Of a stretch of DNA of 64,000 bases, positions 36,178-45,770 are shown piece after piece. The stretch spans positions 393,097 to 457,096 of the forward strand of contig CAVYBB010000003.1 of NCBI GenBank assembly GCA_963766655.1, in the 5' to 3' direction. This stretch comes from an uncultured Chloroflexia bacterium (GTDB taxonomy: Bacteria > Chloroflexota > Limnocylindria > Limnocylindrales > CSP1-4). The first letter of the stretch is position 1. Every line of letters begins with the position of its first letter. A program made the position numbers and the translations under genes. The notes under the pieces were generated by a model, which was not told where the DNA came from, ran no database searches, and worked only from the letters and a program-made list of their open reading frames with translations.

Positions 36178-37169
36178 CGGCCGACCGTCTCTCCAGGCGG
36201 CCTCTCGCGATCGGCACCCGACGCGGCATCGACGCCTGTGCGTCTGCGCGCGGCACGTTTGCGGTTCTCGCCCTCGACCATCGCCAGAACCTGCGCAAGG
36301 TCCTCCGCCCGGCCGATCCCGCGTCGGTCACGTATGACGAGATGGTCGACTTCAAGCGAGCCGTCGTTCGCGTCCTCGCCCCGGTCGCCACCGGAACGCT
36401 GCTCGACCCGGAGATCGGGGCCGCCCAGTGCATCGCGGACGGCTCGCTGCCCGCCTCGGCCGGGCTCCTCGTCGCGATCGAGGCGACCGGTTATGACGGC
36501 CCGTCGACCGCCCGGATCAGCCGCGTCCTCGACGGATGGAGCGTCGAGAAGGCCAAGAGAATCGGTGCCTCCGCCGCAAAGCTCCTCGTCTACTACCACC
36601 CCGACGCATCGAATGCCGCCGACCAGGAGGGTCTGGTCGAACGCGTCGCGGCGGATTGCCGGAGGGCCGATCTCGCGCTCTTCGTGGAGCCGCTGTCCTT
36701 CTCGCTGGCCGATGGCGAGCGGCTGACCGGCGATGAACGGCGGCGGGTCGTCGTCGAAACCGCCCGCCGGCTGACCGCGATCGGGGGTGACATCCTGAAG
36801 GCCGAATTCCCGTACGACGCGTCCGTCACCGACCGCTCCCGCTGGCGCGAGGCCTGCGCGGAACTGGACGCGGCCTCGGCGCTTCCGTGGGTCCTGTTGT
36901 CGGGCGGCGTCGACGATGCGACGTTCGAGGAACAGGTCGGGACCGCCTGCGAGGCGGGTGCGAGCGGGGTGCTCGTCGGCCGGTCCGTGTGGGTCGAGGC
37001 GGCCGGGATGGGATCGCCCGCCCGGGACGCATTCCTGGCGACGACTGCGCGTGATCGGCTCCACCGGCTCGCCGGGCTGGCCGACGCGGCAGGCCGGCCA
37101 TGGCACGAACGGTCGAGCCGCCTCGCAGCGCAGCCCATGCCCGGCGACGGCTGGTACCGCGAGTACTGA
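36174..37169 (+). CDS. Class I ketose-bisphosphate aldolase of the LacD / YihT (tagatose-1,6-bisphosphate aldolase) family
   Basis: ATGA overlap. Motifs FAVLALDHRQ, AAKLLVYY, GGDILKAEFP (candidate Schiff-base Lys), WVLLSGG. Confidence 0.72.
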   Translation: MTADRLSRRPLAIGTRRGIDACASARGTFAVLALDHRQNLRKVLRPADPASVTYDEMVDFKRAVVRVLAPVATGTLLDPEIGAAQCIADGSLPASAGLLVAIEATGYDGPSTARISRVLDGWSVEKAKRIGASAAKLLVYYHPDASNAADQEGLVERVAADCRRADLALFVEPLSFSLADGERLTGDERRRVVVETARRLTAIGGDILKAEFPYDASVTDRSRWREACAELDAASALPWVLLSGGVDDATFEEQVGTACEAGASGVLVGRSVWVEAAGMGSPARDAFLATTARDRLHRLAGLADAAGRPWHERSSRLAAQPMPGDGWYREY

Positions 37170-37172
37170 CGG

Positions 37173-38153
37173 GTGCCCACCGCCGCCGAACCCGACATCG
37201 ACATCCTCGTCGTCGGCGAGATCAACCCCGACATCGTCGTCTCCGATCCGGACCCGGTTCCCGTCTTCGGCGAGGTGGAGCGGGTGGTCCGTTCGATCCG
37301 GCTGACGGTCGGCAGCTCGTCGGCGATCTTCGCCTGCGGTGCGGCCCGGCTCGATCTCCGGGTCGCGTTCTGCGGCGTGGTCGGTGACGACCCCTTCGGA
37401 CGGTTCATGCTGGACGAGATGGCGAGGCGCGGGATCGACGTCTCTGCCTGCGTCGTCGACCCCGACCGGCCGACCGGCGCGACGGTGATCCTGACGAGCG
37501 GCGCCGACCGGGCGATGCTCACCGGTACCGGCGCGATCGGCGCCCTCGATGTCGACACGGTCCCGGCTTCGCTGATCGAACGTGCGCGGCACCTCCACCT
37601 GGGCGCCTTCTATCTCCAGGAGACGAGCCGCGAGCGTCTGCCCGGGTTCTTCGCCGCAGCCCGGGCTCGCGGCCTGACGACGTCGTTCGACACCAACTGG
37701 GACCCGACGGGGGGCTGGGACGGCGGGATCACGGCGATGCTCCAGGCCTCGGACGTCTTCTTCCCGAACGCGGTCGAGGCGCGTCGGATCGCACGGATCG
37801 ACGACGTCGAGGATGCGGCGCGCGCCCTCGTCGAACAGGGCGCGATCGGACGGTCAGGCGACGGTCCGATCGTCGCGGTCAAGCTGGGCGCCGACGGGGC
37901 GATCGGCTGCGGGCCTGACGGGCAGATCGTCCGCGTCCCGGCGATGGCGACGTCGCCGGCCGATACGACCGGTGCCGGCGACTCGTTCAACGCAGGGTTC
38001 CTGCGGGCGTGGCTCGATGGCGGCAACCTCCGCGACAGCCTCGAGCTCGGGGCCGTCTGCGGGGCCCTCTCGACCCGCGCGGCAGGCGGCGTCGACGGCC
38101 AGGCAACGCTTGCCGAGGCCCGGCGGGCTCTCGGCACGTGGGCTCGCGGATGA
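37173..38153 (+). CDS. PfkB-family carbohydrate kinase (ribokinase/fructokinase-like)
   Basis: GTG start 3 nt after the aldolase stop. ILVVGEINPD. Anion-hole/ATP motif DTTGAGDSFNAGFL. Confidence 0.85.
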   Translation: MPTAAEPDIDILVVGEINPDIVVSDPDPVPVFGEVERVVRSIRLTVGSSSAIFACGAARLDLRVAFCGVVGDDPFGRFMLDEMARRGIDVSACVVDPDRPTGATVILTSGADRAMLTGTGAIGALDVDTVPASLIERARHLHLGAFYLQETSRERLPGFFAAARARGLTTSFDTNWDPTGGWDGGITAMLQASDVFFPNAVEARRIARIDDVEDAARALVEQGAIGRSGDGPIVAVKLGADGAIGCGPDGQIVRVPAMATSPADTTGAGDSFNAGFLRAWLDGGNLRDSLELGAVCGALSTRAAGGVDGQATLAEARRALGTWARG

Positions 38154-39124
38154 CCAACCCGGAAGCGCCACCAGCCCGCGGGCGCCTGCTGTTCGTCGCG
38201 GCGAACCCGTCGATCGACCGGCTCTATGAGCTCGATCGGCTCACCGTCGGGGAGATCCACAGGCCTTTGGCCGTGGTGGCCGTCCCGGGCGGCAAGGGAC
38301 TCAATGCCGCCAGGGCAGCCGCGCTGCTCGGAGGGTCCGTGACAGCCGCGGGGATCGTCGCCGGCCGTGCCGGCGACTGGATCGTCGAACGGCTCGCGGC
38401 GCTCGGGATCGACGGTCGCATGGCCCGCTCCACCGGAGAAACGCGGACGTGTCTCTCGATCCTGGATCGGTCGAGCGGGGTGATGACGGAGATCTACGAG
38501 CGAGGGGAAGGTCTCGATCCGGCTGCCTGGGAGGCGCTCGAGGAGATCATCCGGATCGAGCTGGAGCGGGGCGACATCGCCGCGGTGGCCGTCTCCGGCA
38601 GCCTGCCCCCGGGCGCCCCGCCGGATGGATACGCCCGGGTCGCCCGTCTCGCCGGAGCCAGCGCGCATCGGGTTCCGTTCCTCGCCGACACCTACGGACC
38701 GGCCCTCGCGGCCGTTCTGGCCGAACAGCCGGCGATCGTCAAGGTGAACGCAATCGAGGCGGGCGAGGCGAGTGGAATCCCGGTGGACGACCACGCGTCC
38801 GCCGCCGAGGCCGGTCGTCTCCTGCGAGACGCGGGTGCGGAATGCGTCGTGGTGACCCTCGACCTCGGCGGGGCGGTCGTCACGAGCGCAGCGGCGAACG
38901 CGCACCTGGTTCCGCCGGCCATCCGCGGGTCGTACGCGGTCGGGAGCGGGGACGCGTTCCTTGGCGGGATGGCCGTCGCCTGGACACGGGGCGCCACGGT
39001 CGTCGAGGCCGCCCGGCTCGGACTCGCCGCAGGCATCGCCAACGCGAACGTCCCGGGCGCAGGCGTCCTCGATCCAGCCTTTGCCGAGCGGATTCTCGAA
39101 CAGATCGGCGTCTCCTCGATCTGA
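38150..39124 (+). CDS. PfkB-family ketose-phosphate 1-kinase (FruK / LacC, 1-phosphofructokinase or tagatose-6-phosphate kinase-like)
   Basis: ATG 38150 in an ATGA overlap. Motifs NPSIDRLY, PGGKGLNAARAAALLG, AVGSGDAFLGGM. Confidence 0.8.
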   Translation: MTNPEAPPARGRLLFVAANPSIDRLYELDRLTVGEIHRPLAVVAVPGGKGLNAARAAALLGGSVTAAGIVAGRAGDWIVERLAALGIDGRMARSTGETRTCLSILDRSSGVMTEIYERGEGLDPAAWEALEEIIRIELERGDIAAVAVSGSLPPGAPPDGYARVARLAGASAHRVPFLADTYGPALAAVLAEQPAIVKVNAIEAGEASGIPVDDHASAAEAGRLLRDAGAECVVVTLDLGGAVVTSAAANAHLVPPAIRGSYAVGSGDAFLGGMAVAWTRGATVVEAARLGLAAGIANANVPGAGVLDPAFAERILEQIGVSSI

Positions 39125-39155
39125 TGCGGACGAGCCGGAGGCGCTCCACCCCGCG

Positions 39156-40226
39156 CTAGGGATCGCTCTGCGGGTGGAGGGGCGCTCTCAGGGCCACCGG
39201 GTCGCCGAGCCACGAGGTCCCCGGCATCGCCCAGTACCTGGCCATCGCCTCGAGCCGCGTCGCGTACGTCGCCCGGGCGGCCTCGAACATGGGCCACGCG
39301 ACGTCGGCCGCTTCGAGGCTGTAGCCGGCCTCGGTGAGTCGTGCGCAGGCGGCCTCGAAGTCCGATCGATCCAGGTTCGTCGGTTTGCCGGCGCGGAAAC
39401 CGAGGTTGAAGATGTCCTCGACGAGGTGCATGCCGACCCGCTTGAACAGCTTCGCTTCGCCACGCGGAACCCCCTTGACCGTGGTGAGCACGAGACTGGC
39501 CGCATCCAGCACGGTCCCGAGGGCGCTGATCCAGGACAGGTTGTCGTGGCTGGAGCGGAAGAAGCCGAGCAGCGGGTAGGCGATGTGGGTGTCGAGCACC
39601 TCGGCCGCCCAGCGCTCCCAGTCGACGAACAGGTCCGGGAGCCGAGCGACCAGGTCGAGCTGTGCATATGTCTCGAGGAGGGCGACGGCTGACGGCGGGG
39701 CGCCCGCGGCGGCCTGGAGCGCCACGACCTGGATCTCGCGGCGCTGGTAGGAACCGTAGAGCGAGAAGAGGAACGTGACGACGAGGGCGACCGCACCGAG
39801 GCCCGTGACGGCGCCGGTGATGATGATGATCCGGGCCGGCCATTCGACCGCGACGATGTCGCCGAATCCGATTGTCAGGACGGAGGTCGCCGCGAAGTAC
39901 ATCGCGGTGCCGAGGTCCGCCGGAACGGGCTGCAGCTCAGCGCGCAGGGCAAACAGGATCAGGCCGTAGCCGACGATCAGCCCGACGAGCCATGCGCCCA
40001 GGAGCGCGACGGTGGCTGCAGGTGCGAAAAGCCCCAGGAGCCGGTCATAGGCCCTCCCTCGCCGGCCGTCGCGAGCGGCGCGGATCACGCGCCACGAACC
40101 GCGCACGATGTACCGGCCGATCCGGAACCACCCGGGCGTCGGGCGGGGAACGACGACCGTCTCGAAGATGTCCCAGAAGGTAAGCGCCAGCAGGAAGATG
40201 CCCAGCGCGAAGGCAACAGCGTCCAT
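39156..40226 (-). CDS. Two-TM-type potassium channel family protein with a ~200-aa cytoplasmic C-terminal domain
   Basis: Selectivity filter TIGFGD within AMYFAATSVLTIGFGDIV. The long helical C-terminal region has no RCK/TrkA motif that I can see. Confidence 0.8.
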   Translation of the reverse strand: MDAVAFALGIFLLALTFWDIFETVVVPRPTPGWFRIGRYIVRGSWRVIRAARDGRRGRAYDRLLGLFAPAATVALLGAWLVGLIVGYGLILFALRAELQPVPADLGTAMYFAATSVLTIGFGDIVAVEWPARIIIITGAVTGLGAVALVVTFLFSLYGSYQRREIQVVALQAAAGAPPSAVALLETYAQLDLVARLPDLFVDWERWAAEVLDTHIAYPLLGFFRSSHDNLSWISALGTVLDAASLVLTTVKGVPRGEAKLFKRVGMHLVEDIFNLGFRAGKPTNLDRSDFEAACARLTEAGYSLEAADVAWPMFEAARATYATRLEAMARYWAMPGTSWLGDPVALRAPLHPQSDP

Positions 40227-40289
40227 GGAGTGCCGATCATCCCACTCCGGAGCGGCCGCTGGGGGACGGCTGGATCGACAGCTGCCGCG

Positions 40290-42719
40290 TCACGGGTCCG
40301 GCGAGAGCGACGCCGCGCCTGGCAGGTCCGCCCAGTCGCCGGCGGGCGCCGGCCTGGCGAGAAGGTAGCCCTGCGCAAGGGGAACCCCGAGCTGCCGCAG
40401 CACCGCCAGTTCCTCCTCGGTTTCGACGCCCTCGGCGATCGTCTGGCTGGCCGACTCAGTCGCGAAATGCAGCAGCCCGAGGACGAGCGCCTGTCGCGTT
40501 CGATCCGCCTCGATCCCATGAACGAGTCGCATGTCGAGCTTCACGAACGCAGGTCGGAGCTCGACGATGTGGCTGAAGTTGGCGACGCCCGAGCCGGCAT
40601 CGTCGACTGCGACGAGCACCCCGGGGCGGAGCCGGCCGATCGCCGAGCGGAGATCCGCGTAGTCCTCGACGGAGGCGTGCTCGGTCACTTCGAGCACGAG
40701 CGGCCGGTCCGCCAGGCGAAGAACGGCCGCGAGGCGTCGGTCGCCGGTCACGAGATTCGGCGAGACATTGAGACTGAGCCAGCCACCCGCCGGCAGCGCG
40801 GTTGCCGCCGAGATCGCGGCCGTCAGGGTCGCGATCTCCAATTCGGCCTCGAGACCGGCGACCCGTGCATCGGCGAAGACGAGGTCCGGCGCTATTCCGC
40901 TCGAGAAGCGCGTCAGCGCCTCGTAGCCGGCGTGCACGCCGCTCGCGAGATCGACGATGGGCTGGAAGACCGGCTGAAAAGCGGCCGTCCTGATGGTCTC
41001 GGCGATCCGCTCGCGGACGCTGCTGGTCTCGGTCAGGTCCGCGACAGTCGGGCCGAGGAAAGCGCCGGCAAAGCCCGCGAACTCGAGGAGTGCAGGCAGG
41101 GACTCGGTGAGCAGCTCAACGCCGTTCGCCTCAGGCGAGGTGGCGGTCAGGAGCCCGATGAGCCTGTCGCCATGACGGACCGGTGCGTAGGCGAGGGCCT
41201 TCGTGGCCAGCTCCTCGTGCAGCCGGTCGTATGGGTGCCATGGCCGACGAACCCAGGCCTCCACCCAGGGCCCCTGCTCCGCCCGTTCCTTCAGGGTTCG
41301 ACTGCGCTGGTACGGCAGGCGTCGCAGCCGGACGGGCTCCCCGTCGGCCCGCAGGAATGCCAGGGGCATGGCCGGCCCTTCGAGGGTGAAATAGGCGAGG
41401 GATGCACTCGCGACGCCGGACATCCCGGCGACCTGGCGGCAGATCGCCTCGGCGGTGGCCGCGGCGGTGGGGAGAACCGGCAAGTCGGCAAGGGTCCCAG
41501 CGATCAGTGCGCGCTCCCGCGTCATCCGATCGTGCGTGGCTTCAAGGGCCCGTTCGCGGGTCACGTCGCGTTTGACGGCAACGTAGCTGACGATGGCCTG
41601 GGTCTCGTCGCGGATCGGCGAGATGACGACCTCCTCCTGGAACAGGCTGCCGTCCTTGTGACGGTTCGTCAGGTCCGCCACGAACGACTGCCCGTTCGTC
41701 AATGCGGCCCACATCGAGGCGTAGAAGGCCGGGGTCTGGACGCCGCTCTTGAGGATGCGCGGGTTCTGGCCCAGCACCTCGTCCGACGAGTACCCCGAGA
41801 CCCGCTCGAATGCCGGGTTCACGTACTCGATCGTGCCGGATGTGTCCGTGATGACCACCGCGTCGGCCGATTGCTCGATGGCGGTCACCAGGCGGCGGCG
41901 TTCGGTCTCCCCGCGCACGGCGGCCGCCCGGATGCGCAGGGTCCCCACGCCGTACGCGAGATCCGAGGCAAGCTCCTCGAGCAGGGCGATCTCGTCAGCG
42001 CCGAGGGAATCCGGGTCGCCGGCATAGATCACGAGGGCTCCGAACGCGACGTCGTCGATCTTCAACGGAAAGGCCGCCACCGACCGGAGACCCTGCTTGA
42101 GCATCGCGTCGCGCCAGGCGAGGGTTCCGTCGGCGACGACGTCCAGGCTGACGACCGTCCGGCCCTCCCGGATGGACGTCCCGGCCGGCCCCATGCCCCC
42201 CCGTTCCAGGTCGTTCCAGCTCAGTGCGATCGCGCCGAGGTAACCCTCAAGAGGACCGGCCCACGCGGCGGGCCGGATGGTGCCGGCGGGATCGTCCACG
42301 CGGGAGCCGACCCAGGCGCCGAGAAAGACGCCGTGCTCGACGATGATCGAGCAGAACGCCTGCAGGAGTGCCGTCTCGTCGGATGCGCGGACCAGCGCTT
42401 GGTTGGCCAGGCCGAGAGTGCGCTGCACCTTGTTGAGCCTCTCCAGGTGCGCCTCCGCCCGCTCCCGCTCGCCGATTTCCAGCTCGAGCTCGTCGGTCCG
42501 TCGCGCTCGCTCGGCGCCGAAGCCCGCCAGCATCGCGGCCAGAAGCACGCTGGTGGCGACGACGAAGGCCCAGCCCTTGAGCGTCGAGATCGTCGTGAGG
42601 GCTTCCTGGCTCGGGGCCAGGGCTGTAGCGGCCCGGTCGCTGAAGGCGATCCACGCGGCCGCAACCAGGGCATACGTGAAGACGATGCCGCGGACAGAGA
42701 AGCGCGGGAGGCGCTTCAT
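40290..42719 (-). CDS. Membrane-anchored GAF-PAS-GAF-EAL signalling protein (c-di-GMP phosphodiesterase; no GGDEF domain)
   Basis: Two N-terminal TM helices. PAS: VITDTSGTIEYVNPAFERVSGYSSDEVLGQNPRILKSG. EAL domain: GYEALTRF, LSLNVSP, VAVDDAGSG, AEGVETEEE, QGYLLARP. Confidence 0.85.
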   Translation of the reverse strand: MKRLPRFSVRGIVFTYALVAAAWIAFSDRAATALAPSQEALTTISTLKGWAFVVATSVLLAAMLAGFGAERARRTDELELEIGERERAEAHLERLNKVQRTLGLANQALVRASDETALLQAFCSIIVEHGVFLGAWVGSRVDDPAGTIRPAAWAGPLEGYLGAIALSWNDLERGGMGPAGTSIREGRTVVSLDVVADGTLAWRDAMLKQGLRSVAAFPLKIDDVAFGALVIYAGDPDSLGADEIALLEELASDLAYGVGTLRIRAAAVRGETERRRLVTAIEQSADAVVITDTSGTIEYVNPAFERVSGYSSDEVLGQNPRILKSGVQTPAFYASMWAALTNGQSFVADLTNRHKDGSLFQEEVVISPIRDETQAIVSYVAVKRDVTRERALEATHDRMTRERALIAGTLADLPVLPTAAATAEAICRQVAGMSGVASASLAYFTLEGPAMPLAFLRADGEPVRLRRLPYQRSRTLKERAEQGPWVEAWVRRPWHPYDRLHEELATKALAYAPVRHGDRLIGLLTATSPEANGVELLTESLPALLEFAGFAGAFLGPTVADLTETSSVRERIAETIRTAAFQPVFQPIVDLASGVHAGYEALTRFSSGIAPDLVFADARVAGLEAELEIATLTAAISAATALPAGGWLSLNVSPNLVTGDRRLAAVLRLADRPLVLEVTEHASVEDYADLRSAIGRLRPGVLVAVDDAGSGVANFSHIVELRPAFVKLDMRLVHGIEADRTRQALVLGLLHFATESASQTIAEGVETEEELAVLRQLGVPLAQGYLLARPAPAGDWADLPGAASLSPDP

Positions 42720-42962
42720 ACACAGCGTCCTGGTACGAGATCCGGGCGGGCTTTACGGTTGCCCACGTTCGTGCTCCCCCGACGAGACCGGTGCTCACGC
42801 CCATGCGGGCCATTGCGCCGTCTCCGTCAGCGATGACATCGTACAGGGCGTCGTGTCCGGATCAATGGCCCAGGCGACCAAACGAGTGTCCACAATCGGT
42901 CCCGACCAGCCGGGGAGGACGAACGCGGACCGGCAGAGCAACGGTTCGTGCCGTGACGGCGC

Positions 42963-43811
42963 TCACATCGAATCGAACGTCCGACGGACGTCCGCGATCC
43001 GATCGTCGTCCCAGTCGATCGTCGGATCGGGCTCGAGTACGGCCATCGCAATGCTGGCGATGGCGATCGCCGGCGCGGACCAGTCGGCCGACTGGACGGC
43101 ATCGAATGGCCTCGCGTGGAACCGATGGGTTGCGATGTCGGGGTTGGCGAGGGCCATGAGGACGTGCCCTCGCAGGTCGGCGCTCGCCAGACCGGCGATC
43201 GTCGCGAACGTGGCGTCGAACTCGGGCCGGATGCGATACCCGAAGAGTCCGGCGAGGCGCTCCCATGAGACCGCTATTCGACTGATGAATGCCCGTTCCG
43301 ACTGCGCCAGGACCGTCCGGATGTCGCTGCGCAACTCGTCGCCGGCCACGCTGATGAACGTCGCGTGGAGGGCGATGTACGTCCGCCATTCGGTCGACCC
43401 GTTCATCGTGTCGAAGTCGTGCAGCGATCCCAGGCGGATCATCTCGAGCAGGAGGTTATGGCGGAGGTCGGGGGTTGCAAGCCAGTCGTCGTGTTCGAGC
43501 AGGACGCGCTTGAGCAATGAGAGGGCCGACGCCTCGCTCGAGATGGCGGCCGGCGTGGCCGCCCTCGCGAGCTCCTTCAACAGATCGCTGAAGAACAGAT
43601 CCTTGTAGGGCCAACGGCGATAGACGGTGCTCCGCGATACCCGCGCATCGCGGATGACGTCCTCGAAGCTGAGGTGGTCGAGGCTGACCGTCAGCCCCGT
43701 CTGGTTGACCATCTCGACTGCCGCCTGGAGCATCCGTCGTTCTGTTTCTTCATCCGACAGCCGACGACGTCGCCGGGCCATGCCGGTCGGGGCTTGCGCC
43801 TGGTCCGTCAT
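42963..43811 (-). CDS. TetR-family transcriptional regulator
   Basis: Start ATG 43811 (MTDQAQAP). HTH LSFEDVIRDARVSRSTVYRRWPYKDLFF. Confidence 0.8.
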   Translation of the reverse strand: MTDQAQAPTGMARRRRRLSDEETERRMLQAAVEMVNQTGLTVSLDHLSFEDVIRDARVSRSTVYRRWPYKDLFFSDLLKELARAATPAAISSEASALSLLKRVLLEHDDWLATPDLRHNLLLEMIRLGSLHDFDTMNGSTEWRTYIALHATFISVAGDELRSDIRTVLAQSERAFISRIAVSWERLAGLFGYRIRPEFDATFATIAGLASADLRGHVLMALANPDIATHRFHARPFDAVQSADWSAPAIAIASIAMAVLEPDPTIDWDDDRIADVRRTFDSM

Positions 43812-43829
43812 CCTGTTAGTCTCCAATGA

Positions 43830-43868
43830 GACATGGTATTCCAAGTTTGAAACATACAATCCCATGTC
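43830..43868. promoter_or_regulatory. Inverted repeat GACATGG-N25-CCATGTC in a comparatively AT-rich divergent promoter region; candidate TetR operator
   Basis: Arms at 43830..43836 and 43862..43868, with a central GTTTGAAAC element at 43845..43853. Lies between the divergent starts at 43811 (-) and 43917 (+). Confidence 0.2.
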
Positions 43869-43916
43869 CTTTGATTGCGTTCAGCCTACCAGCCTTCAGG
43901 CGTCCGGAGAACGAAG

Positions 43917-44402
43917 ATGCAGCAACTTGAACGATTCATGCAGCGCAGCGAGCGATGGATGTACCGGGGCGGCCACCCGAATCACGTCGCAGCGGTGCTC
44001 AACTGCGGCTGGGCGCTCATTGGCGCGGCAGGACTGTGGCAGAACCGCCTGGTGACGCTCGACATCCGTGGCCGCCGGAGCGGCCGTCAGCTCTCGTTCC
44101 CGCTCATCATTGCGGACTATCAGGGCGAGCGCTATCTCGTGGCGATGCTCGGCGAGGGCGCGAATTGGGCCGCGAACGTGCGGGCCGCCGACGGGCATGC
44201 GGTCCTCCGGCACGGCAGGCGCGAGGTGGTGCGCCTCGAAGAGGTCGATCCGGGTGCCCGCGCGCCGATCCTGCGCCGGCACCTGCAGGTTGCGCCAGCG
44301 GCCCGTTCGTTCGTACCCGTCGACCGCCGGGCTCCTCTCGCCGAGTTCGAGGCGATTGCCTCGCAGTTCCCGGTGTTCCACATCGACCCGGTTCGGCAAT
44401 GA
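43917..44402 (+). CDS. Nitroreductase-family deazaflavin (F420)-dependent oxidoreductase-like protein (DUF385 type)
   Basis: ATG 43917 follows GGAGAA. Motifs LVTLDIRGRRSGRQLSFPLIIADYQGERYLVAMLGEGANWAANVRA and VVRLEEV. Confidence 0.7.
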   Translation: MQQLERFMQRSERWMYRGGHPNHVAAVLNCGWALIGAAGLWQNRLVTLDIRGRRSGRQLSFPLIIADYQGERYLVAMLGEGANWAANVRAADGHAVLRHGRREVVRLEEVDPGARAPILRRHLQVAPAARSFVPVDRRAPLAEFEAIASQFPVFHIDPVRQ

Positions 44403-45199
44403 GCCCGCGCGCTGACCGCATGGACTCCCATGACGACCCTCTTCAAGGAGCTCACGACGTGAACAACAACGCGCGGCCTGACCGGCCCACCGACAACGTA
44501 CCCAGCCGCCCATCGCGTAAGCGTCATTGGTGGCGGTGGATTCTGGCGAGCGTCGGCGTGCTCGCCGCCCTCGTCGTTCTGGCAATCGGAAGCTACGTCA
44601 ACGACTCGACACCTCGACTGGCGCTGTCCACGGTTGCGGCAAAACCACCCGTCGGCCCGCTCGAGGGCAGCTGGGAGGTCGGTGCCGGATCGGAGGCAGG
44701 CTTCCGGATCCAGCAGACGGTCCTCGGCATGAGCGGTGACGTCGTCGGCAGGACGAACGCCGTCAGTGGCAGCCTCGTCGTCTCCGGGGACCAGGTCACG
44801 ACCGGTACGTTCAGGATCGACCTTGCCACCATCACGGCCAACGGCAAGCCGGTGAAGCAACTCGAAATCAGCCTTGACACACAGAACCATCCGAGCGCCA
44901 CGTTCACGCTCACGCAGCCGGTGACGCTTGGCTCAGCCTTCACCTCGGGCGCGATCACTACCGCGACTGCGGCCGGTGTTCTCGCGATGCACGGGCAGTC
45001 GCACCCGGTCACCGTCACGATCTCCGGCCGCCGCGACGGGCTGGAGCTGCAGGCTGCCGGATCGATGCCGATCGCCTTCTCTGACTGGGACATCGTGGGA
45101 CCGGAGGGATACGGGTTCCTGGGGTCGATCGCCGACCACGGCACGGCAGAGCTTCTCGTTGTCCTGCATCGAACTGGCTACGCCGGCGAAGGCGGCTAG
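44399..45199 (+). CDS. YceI-like domain protein, membrane-anchored
   Basis: ATG 44399 overlaps the upstream stop as ATGA (alternative ATG 44420). TM WWRWILASVGVLAALVVLAIG. YceI-like beta-barrel pattern GSEAGFRIQQTV..., TFRIDLATITANG, HGQSHPVTVTI. Confidence 0.78.
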   Translation: MSPRADRMDSHDDPLQGAHDVNNNARPDRPTDNVPSRPSRKRHWWRWILASVGVLAALVVLAIGSYVNDSTPRLALSTVAAKPPVGPLEGSWEVGAGSEAGFRIQQTVLGMSGDVVGRTNAVSGSLVVSGDQVTTGTFRIDLATITANGKPVKQLEISLDTQNHPSATFTLTQPVTLGSAFTSGAITTATAAGVLAMHGQSHPVTVTISGRRDGLELQAAGSMPIAFSDWDIVGPEGYGFLGSIADHGTAELLVVLHRTGYAGEGG

Positions 45200-45203
45200 G
45201 CCG

Positions 45204-45770
45204 TCAGCCAGCCACGGACTTCAGGACTGCGTACTCGCCGTTGTAGCGAACCTCCAGGCAGTTGTTGAAGAGGTTGAGCATGTTGATGTAGCCAATAAGG
45301 AATGTGAGCTCGACCAGCTCCGGGTCGGTGAAGTGCTCGTGCAACTGCTGTGCCAGCGGCACAGGGATGGCATTCGAATCCGCCATCGCGGCCCGCGTGT
45401 ACTCGACGGCGACGCGTTCGCGGGGTGCCAGCGCATCGACGTGCTCGATGACGAACAGGGGGTCCTTCACGATCTCCGCGATGTCCACGAGATCGCAGTG
45501 CGAATCCGTGCAGAACTGGCATCCGTTCGTGTGCGAGGCGGAGATGATCACCAGTTCCTTCACACGCCGCTCGAGCAGCCCGCCAGGGTAGACGCTGTTC
45601 CCGAAGCCCGCGAAGGCCCGCAGGATCTCCGGCCGCAGGCACATCGCCTGGATCATCTCGACCGGCGGTCGCCCACGCTCCCACAGGCCCCGGCTCTCAT
45701 CGAAGGACGGATCGTCCTTCACGGCCTCGAACGCGGACCGGATCTGCTCCGGCGTGACACTGACGCGCAT
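45204..45770 (-). CDS. Carboxymuconolactone decarboxylase / AhpD-like family protein
   Basis: CxxC-type motif SHTNGCQFCTDSH. All-helical pattern typical of the CMD family. Confidence 0.82.
   Translation of the reverse strand: MRVSVTPEQIRSAFEAVKDDPSFDESRGLWERGRPPVEMIQAMCLRPEILRAFAGFGNSVYPGGLLERRVKELVIISASHTNGCQFCTDSHCDLVDIAEIVKDPLFVIEHVDALAPRERVAVEYTRAAMADSNAIPVPLAQQLHEHFTDPELVELTFLIGYINMLNLFNNCLEVRYNGEYAVLKSVAG

Noticed and set aside
40230-42836. 868-aa ORF on the plus strand, opposite the GAF-PAS-GAF-EAL gene
   Set aside because: The sequence is low-complexity and Arg/Gly/Asp-rich, and the opposite strand carries clear PAS and EAL motifs. It is an antisense shadow ORF.
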